From Dictyostelium discoideum (Eukaryota), in NCBI GenBank assembly GCA_000004695.1, contig CM000154.2, forward strand, positions 1,504,001-1,568,000: a stretch of DNA of 64,000 nt, read 5' to 3'. Below are positions 58,201-64,000 of this stretch, one piece after another. The notes beneath the pieces were generated by a model. The model made no database searches. It saw nothing but the letters and a program-made list of their open reading frames with translations, and was not told the DNA's origin. The first letter of the stretch is position 1. The number at the start of each line of letters is the position of its first letter. The position numbers and the translations under genes are program-made.

Positions 58201-58626
58201 AACAAAAAAAAAAAAAACACATAAAAAAAAAAAATAAATAAATTCTATCTCTAAGAGATAAATTAATTTATTCAGGATCAACTAATACCACACACTCCAA
58301 CCTTTTAAATTTTAAAAAACAATAAATGTTTTTGTTTTGTTATTAAATTTTTTCTTTTTTTTTTTTTGTTTTTGTTTGGGGTATCACCATTTTTTTTTTT
58401 TCTATTCAATTTTTTTTTAATATTATAGTTTGGTGATTTAATATGATGTTTTTATGATTATCTTCTATTTTTATTTATTGATAGCAAAAGATAATCTTGA
58501 TTCTATCTTAAAGTCATATATAACAATGATATAATATACATAATAAACTTTTTTTTTATTGACAATTATTTTATGATGCTTCTCTTCTTTTTTTTTTTTT
58601 TGTTTTTTTGTTTTTTGATGTTGGAG

Positions 58627-58673
<47 letters not shown>

Positions 58674-59183
58674 AAAGATAACAAATATTATGCATCCTAC
58701 CTTTGTATTATATGTATAATATATATTTCTTCCCAAAATAAAAATAAAAAAAAAAAAATATATTTATAAAATAAAAAAAAAAAAAAAAAAAAAAAAACAA
58801 AAAACAAAAAACAAAAAAAGGTCCGAAAATTGGCAACCAGGAATCAAAAACGGTTAAAAATTTATTTCAAAGTCTGTGTTCGTTTTTTTATATTTTTTTT
58901 TTCATTTTTGATATAATCAACTAATTTTAAAAATAAAATCAAAAAGAAAGTTAACCATTTTTTTTTTTATTTTTAATTATTTTTAAAATTGTTTGGTATT
59001 GAGAAAAAAAAAAAAAAAAAAAAAATAAAAAAAAAAAAAAAAAAAAAAAATTAAATTGTAAAAAAACGATAAATTTCATTGATACAACATTATTTTCACA
59101 TGAAAAAAGAAAAAATCTAAAAAACTTTTTTTTTTTTTAATTTAAAAATTATATAAATTATATAAATTATATAAACTCAAATT

Positions 59184-62066
59184 ATGATAAGATTGATTGG
59201 TTTCAACACCAAAAGATTTTATTCGTCTCTTAAAATAGCCCGAACTGAAAATAACACAATAACAAAATCATTTAAAAAATTAAATACTGACGACCCTTTA
59301 TATCAAAACTCTTATCAATCTTTATTAAAATTAATTCAAGAACAAAAAGAAATTAAATTAAATAATAATAATAATCCAAATAATAATAATATTAAAAATA
59401 AAGATAATTATTATAATAACAATAATGAAAATAAAAATGAAAATTTAAAATCAACATCATTAGAATTATTATTTGAAACAAATGATAAATTTAATTTTAA
59501 AAATATTAAAATATATAATTATGATATTGTATTAGTATCATTAAGAAAGAATGAACCAATATTAGGATTTGTAAAGAGTAATGGTGGTGGTGATGGTTCA
59601 TCAATGATTATACAATCTAAAAAAAAGGATCTGGTGGTTTCAGCTGAGGATGTATTACTTACAATACCAACATCACATCTTAGGGAGAATATAGATCAAT
59701 TATTTGATGAACTTTTAGAGAATTTAAAATTAATTTCTCAACATTATGGTTTACCAGATTCACCATTAAATAATATAAAATTTGATTTGGCAAAAACAGA
59801 TTTCAAAAAATTAAAAGATTCATTTAAAAGAATTAAACAACAACAACAACAAAAAAGATTAAATAAAGAAGATGAGGATAAACTATTTATAGAATTATTC
59901 CCAAAGATTGAAAGTGATCCATATTCTTTAGTTGCAAATATAATTGAATCAATTTTAACAAAGATTGTAAAGTCAGAACATTGGAAACAATTATCAGAAA
60001 ATGTTTATAATAATTTTAAGAAATTTAATCAAGAATCAACCACATCAAATGGTAAAATTTGGTCAGATCAACAAAAACATTATGATTATATTGAAGTTAA
60101 AAAAGTTACAGAGTATTTATTTGGTGGTGGTGGTGATAATAATAATAATTCATGGATTAATTTATTTCATCATTATTGTGTAATTGATATGTTATCATAT
60201 TATGATTCATTTTATTTATTTAATTCAGAATATTTTTATTGTCAAACTGAGAAATATATTGAAGATTATAAAGCTGATATTAAACAATTACAAGAATCAT
60301 CAACGATGGAAAAGAAAATATTTTTAAAATATGCATCACAATTACTGATGACATCGGATGACCAATCATTTAAACCAAATCTTTATATTCATGGTGATAA
60401 GAGTATTACAGATATTAATAAAATGGATCCATTATCAATACCTAAAGAGTTACAACAACCATTTGAATGTTTTAAAAGATTACTTTATACTCTATTAATA
60501 TTTTCAAATGATCATTCAGAATTTAGAGAAATCATATCAAAAGAATTAGTTTATCCAATTAAAATTTCAAGTAATTCACAAATTGAATACCTTTTACAAA
60601 AATTGGGTAAAATTAATTTAAACAAAGATAATTCATATTGTTTTTCAATTTTTGAAAATCGTTTAAAATTAATTGGTAATAGATTAATTGATCCACCAAA
60701 TCATTTAAATGATTTACCAATTGGTACTAAAGTAGATAAAAATGAAAATATATTATCAATAAATTCAATAATTGATAATGATGGTAGAATTATAATTAAT
60801 GATAAATCATTTGCAATTGATTCAGAGAGTACTAAAGATGTTGATGATGCAATTGGTTTAATTGATGAAGGTAATGGTGAATATTCAGTAATAGTTCATA
60901 TTGCAGATGTAACTGATATTGTCAAACCACATAGTGATCATGATAAATGGGGTCAATTTAAATCATCTTCAATTTATTTACCACATAAAACTTATTTCAT
61001 GTTACCAAATTCAATCACTAATCATCTAAGTTTATCACCAAATAAATCAAATAAATGTTTATCATTTCAATTCAAAGTTTCAAATAAAGGTGAAATTATA
61101 GATTATAAAATTTTCCCATCAATTGTAAATAATTTAATAAAAACAAGTTATAATAAAGTTGAAAATTCTTTATTAGATAGTAATAGTAGTAATAATAATA
61201 AAAATACAATTCATTCAATTGATGAAATTAAACAATTAAAGAAATTATTTGAAATTTCAACATTATTAAAAGAAAGAAGAGAAATTAATAAACCATATAG
61301 AATCGATTTACCATCAATTAAAATCAATGTTGATAATAATGGTTTAATTGATGTATGTCAAGATCAAAGAGAAAATGAAATTTCAAATCAATTAGTATCA
61401 GAATTTATGATTGCAACTGGATATATATCATCATTATTTGCAATTGAAAATGGTATTGATATTCCATACAGAGTTCAAAGTAAACCAGTGATTACTGGTG
61501 AATACGATCTCGAGAATGAGATTGAAAAATTACATCCAATAACATCGTTATTGGTTGCATCAAGAATCCAAGAATCTGGTGAGGTCTCAATTAGCAATAT
61601 TGGCCACCACTCATTGGCATTGGACAATTATACATGGGCAACCTCACCGATTAGACGTTATCCTGACATAATTGTGCATTCTCAAATTAAAAGTTTTTTA
61701 AAAAATAAAAATCAAGTTTACTCATATCAACATTTAAATAAAATTATACCAACTGTGAATAGAAATTTAATGGCAATTAAAAAATTACAAAGAAATATCG
61801 AGAAAGAATATCTTTTACATTATTTTTATAATCAACAAATTTTATATAAAAATAGAACCATTCAAAGACCAAAATATAGAGCTGTGATTCAATCATCTTC
61901 AAATTCAAAAAATGGTTCTGAACCATTATCAGTTTTCTTATTATTAGATTATGGTTTATTTGAAGTTTTTGTAAATGATGATATTCCAATTTCAGATAAT
62001 ATTTTCATTTTAACTACTTCTTTTAATTATAAAAATCAATTAGAATTTAAAGTATTAAATAAATAA
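59184..62066 (+). CDS. RNase II/RNase R family (RNB domain) 3'-5' exoribonuclease, probably mitochondrial (DSS1-like).
   Basis: Single 960-codon ORF. N-terminal presequence-like MIRLIGFNTKRFYSSLKIAR. RNB motifs IDSESTKDVDDAIGL, VHIADVT, HSLALDNYTWATSPIRRYPDIIVH. Confidence 0.8.
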   Translation: MIRLIGFNTKRFYSSLKIARTENNTITKSFKKLNTDDPLYQNSYQSLLKLIQEQKEIKLNNNNNPNNNNIKNKDNYYNNNNENKNENLKSTSLELLFETNDKFNFKNIKIYNYDIVLVSLRKNEPILGFVKSNGGGDGSSMIIQSKKKDLVVSAEDVLLTIPTSHLRENIDQLFDELLENLKLISQHYGLPDSPLNNIKFDLAKTDFKKLKDSFKRIKQQQQQKRLNKEDEDKLFIELFPKIESDPYSLVANIIESILTKIVKSEHWKQLSENVYNNFKKFNQESTTSNGKIWSDQQKHYDYIEVKKVTEYLFGGGGDNNNNSWINLFHHYCVIDMLSYYDSFYLFNSEYFYCQTEKYIEDYKADIKQLQESSTMEKKIFLKYASQLLMTSDDQSFKPNLYIHGDKSITDINKMDPLSIPKELQQPFECFKRLLYTLLIFSNDHSEFREIISKELVYPIKISSNSQIEYLLQKLGKINLNKDNSYCFSIFENRLKLIGNRLIDPPNHLNDLPIGTKVDKNENILSINSIIDNDGRIIINDKSFAIDSESTKDVDDAIGLIDEGNGEYSVIVHIADVTDIVKPHSDHDKWGQFKSSSIYLPHKTYFMLPNSITNHLSLSPNKSNKCLSFQFKVSNKGEIIDYKIFPSIVNNLIKTSYNKVENSLLDSNSSNNNKNTIHSIDEIKQLKKLFEISTLLKERREINKPYRIDLPSIKINVDNNGLIDVCQDQRENEISNQLVSEFMIATGYISSLFAIENGIDIPYRVQSKPVITGEYDLENEIEKLHPITSLLVASRIQESGEVSISNIGHHSLALDNYTWATSPIRRYPDIIVHSQIKSFLKNKNQVYSYQHLNKIIPTVNRNLMAIKKLQRNIEKEYLLHYFYNQQILYKNRTIQRPKYRAVIQSSSNSKNGSEPLSVFLLLDYGLFEVFVNDDIPISDNIFILTTSFNYKNQLEFKVLNK

Positions 62067-62142
62067 ATAAATAAATAATAATGGTTATGATTTTATTTTT
62101 TTTTTTTATTATTTTTATTTTATTTTTTATTTTTATTTATTT

Positions 62143-63864
62143 TTAAGGAATTAAAATCATTGATTCAGAATCATTATCTGGTTTTATATATGCTAATAAT
62201 TTTTCACCAAATAAATCAAAAAGTGATTGATATTGAATTTTTAAAGTTTTTAAAATATTTTCACGTGAAAACTCTGTTATGATTGGTAAAGAGATTGGTT
62301 GCTTTTTTGAAGTTGTATCATCTTTTAAATCTAAAACTGAGAGAATATTTTCACCTTCTGATACCCAAATTAAGAATTTACCAGTTGCATCTATGATTGA
62401 ATTTAAAACTCTATTGGCTTCCATTGATTTTATTGGATTTGATAAATTATTATTTAATTCTGGTTCCAAGAGTTTATAATATTTTGGTACATAAGGTAAT
62501 AATAAAAATTGTATAACATTTCTACCTAAACCTGATAAACCAACGATTGCACCATAATGAGTTGTTAAAGGTTTGGTTGTATCATGTAATGTTTGTACTA
62601 ATGTTTTGGTTATTCTACCTTGTAATGAACTATATACATCTCCAAATTTTCTACAAACAAATGATACCAATCTTGCTGCGAAATCTCTTAATTCCCAATG
62701 ATTCTCTGATGGTGAATTACATAATTTCTTACCAACTAAACATGTTAAAATTGATGGCATTAATTGATGTAACTTTTCAAAAAAATAAATAAAATTAATA
62801 TTAATATTAATGTTAAATAATTTATTTTTGTAAATATTATATGTTAATTAATATAAAACACATACATATAATTCAGGTTTTAAATGTTTACTTTCTAATA
62901 TTGCTTGAGCCATTTTCATTAATCTATTTAATAGTTCTAAATTTGTTAAATTTTGAGTAACTTGAACTGATATAAAATTTATAAAATAAGGTAATAATTG
63001 ATGAAGACTACTATCACTCTTTAAACTATGTAATGCAGCATCAAATAGTTTTTGATTATCACTTTTTACAGAGTTTGTGATTTTCTCATAAAACATTTGA
63101 ATTTCTTTTGATAATACATGTTTAACGGTTGGTTTGACAATGGTTGATGTATTTGAAGGTAATGTATGTATACCAGGTATTGATGGATCTTGTTTTTGTA
63201 AATTATTTCCACCCAATACTGTATTAATTCCATTTAATTGTGCCATACCATAAATCATATTACCATTGTTATTGTTACCATTGTTATTGTTATTATTATT
63301 ATTGTCACCACTTTTTTCATTACCTTTATTTTGTTGTGTTAATAATGCTTGTGCTTGTTGTTCCAATTGAAGTGCTTTCTCACTCTTGAATTTTTTATGT
63401 AAATTTTTATGATGTTCTTCAATTTCATAGGGTGATGGATTTTGAGGAATCAATGGTTGCACACCTTCCAATGCTAACCAATGTGCTGAAAGTGATGGAT
63501 CACGTGGTACCTTTGGTAACGGTTGTGATGCAATCTCTTGAAATGTCATCTCTTTATCATTTAAAAAATAGATGGCCTGTGTTGTTGTTGTGGTTTTTTG
63601 AAATTTTAATAAACTGTGATCATTGGCACTACAACTATAGCCATAGAGTTGCTCAATATTTCTTAAACCTAATGCATTGTTTATATCATCGGTTGAAAGG
63701 TGATCTCTTTTTGAATGTTTCATAAATTTAATCGCTTCTTGTGCAATCTCTCTAATTCTATATTCTACATCCGATGCTAATTGTTGTGCTATTTCATCTG
63801 GTAAATTTGAAATACCTGCTGATTCCGCTATAATTTTAATTGTATCATTTGGTAAAACTGACAT
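62143..63864 (-). CDS. taf6: TAF6 (TFIID subunit 6), 2 exons (63864-62856, 62772-62143).
   Basis: Histone-fold N-terminus MSVLPNDTIKIIAESAGISNLPDEIAQQLASDVEYRIREIAQEAIKFMKHSKRDHLSTDDINNALGL. GTATGT donor at 62855. The GAAAAG acceptor at 62773 joins to LHQLMPSILTCLVGKKLC...HWELRDFAARLVSFVCRKFGD (TAF6 HEAT region). The ORF-track start at 63891 uses TTG. The first ATG is at 63864. Confidence 0.85.
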
Positions 63865-63937
63865 CTTTAATTTAAATTTTCCATATATCAATCTATTAAT
63901 CTATCTTTTTTTTTCTACAAATACAACGCTAATTTTT

Positions 63938-63980
<43 letters not shown>

Positions 63981-64000
63981 AAATTTTTTTTTTATTTTTA

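Noticed and set aside
63864-63891. ORF-track start of TAF6 at 63891 (MIYGKFKLK...), and similar starts at 27209 and 51822
   Set aside because: These tracks begin on TTG/GTG, not ATG. The first ATG gives MSVLPNDTIK... (TAF6), and the other two lie inside exons whose true 5' ends are set by splice acceptors.

Overview
This window is 64 kb of AT-rich (about 75-80% A+T) eukaryotic nuclear DNA. Short GTAAGT/GTATGT...AG introns, long (AAT)n, poly-N and poly-Q tracts and homopolymer runs are typical of a dictyostelid social amoeba (Dictyostelium-like). No prokaryotic features, CRISPR arrays, rRNA or convincing tRNA genes are present. I resolve about 25 protein-coding genes on both strands, most with splice junctions and phases worked out by hand. 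They are: a TBC/TLDc protein (3' part), a large WD40 protein, a COP1-type RING/coiled-coil/WD40 E3 ligase, a centrin-like EF-hand protein, an SDR oxidoreductase, an MFS transporter, a syntaxin-8-like Qc-SNARE, two tandem Sel1-repeat paralogs, a 2.5k-aa iterative type I polyketide synthase (KS-AT-DH-MT-ER-KR-ACP), an internally tandem-duplicated transglutaminase-like protein with P/Q-rich linkers, GnT-I (GT13) glycosyltransferase, phosphopantetheine adenylyltransferase, a polyQ MYM/FCS zinc-finger protein, a mitochondrial-type RNase II/RNB exoribonuclease and TAF6. The first 13 kb is an accessory, decaying zone. It holds four copies or fragments of one unknown gene family (one heavily frameshifted, one truncated, one with an intact C-terminal half, one 3' scrap). 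It also holds a frameshifted tandem-domain gene on the opposite strand, a non-LTR reverse-transcriptase fragment, a hairpin-rich transposon-end-like block and 62-bp tandem repeats. There is also an intact/pseudogene tandem pair of a very large Cys-rich type I surface glycoprotein (31.4-35.3 kb and 28.5-30.8 kb). The most unusual item is a signal-peptide-bearing protein (7818-9272) whose N-terminal domain matches the GIY-YIG nuclease motif set. It is followed by an NQ dipeptide repeat, a Gly/Ala hydrophobic segment and an Arg/Gly/Asn-rich repeat tail.
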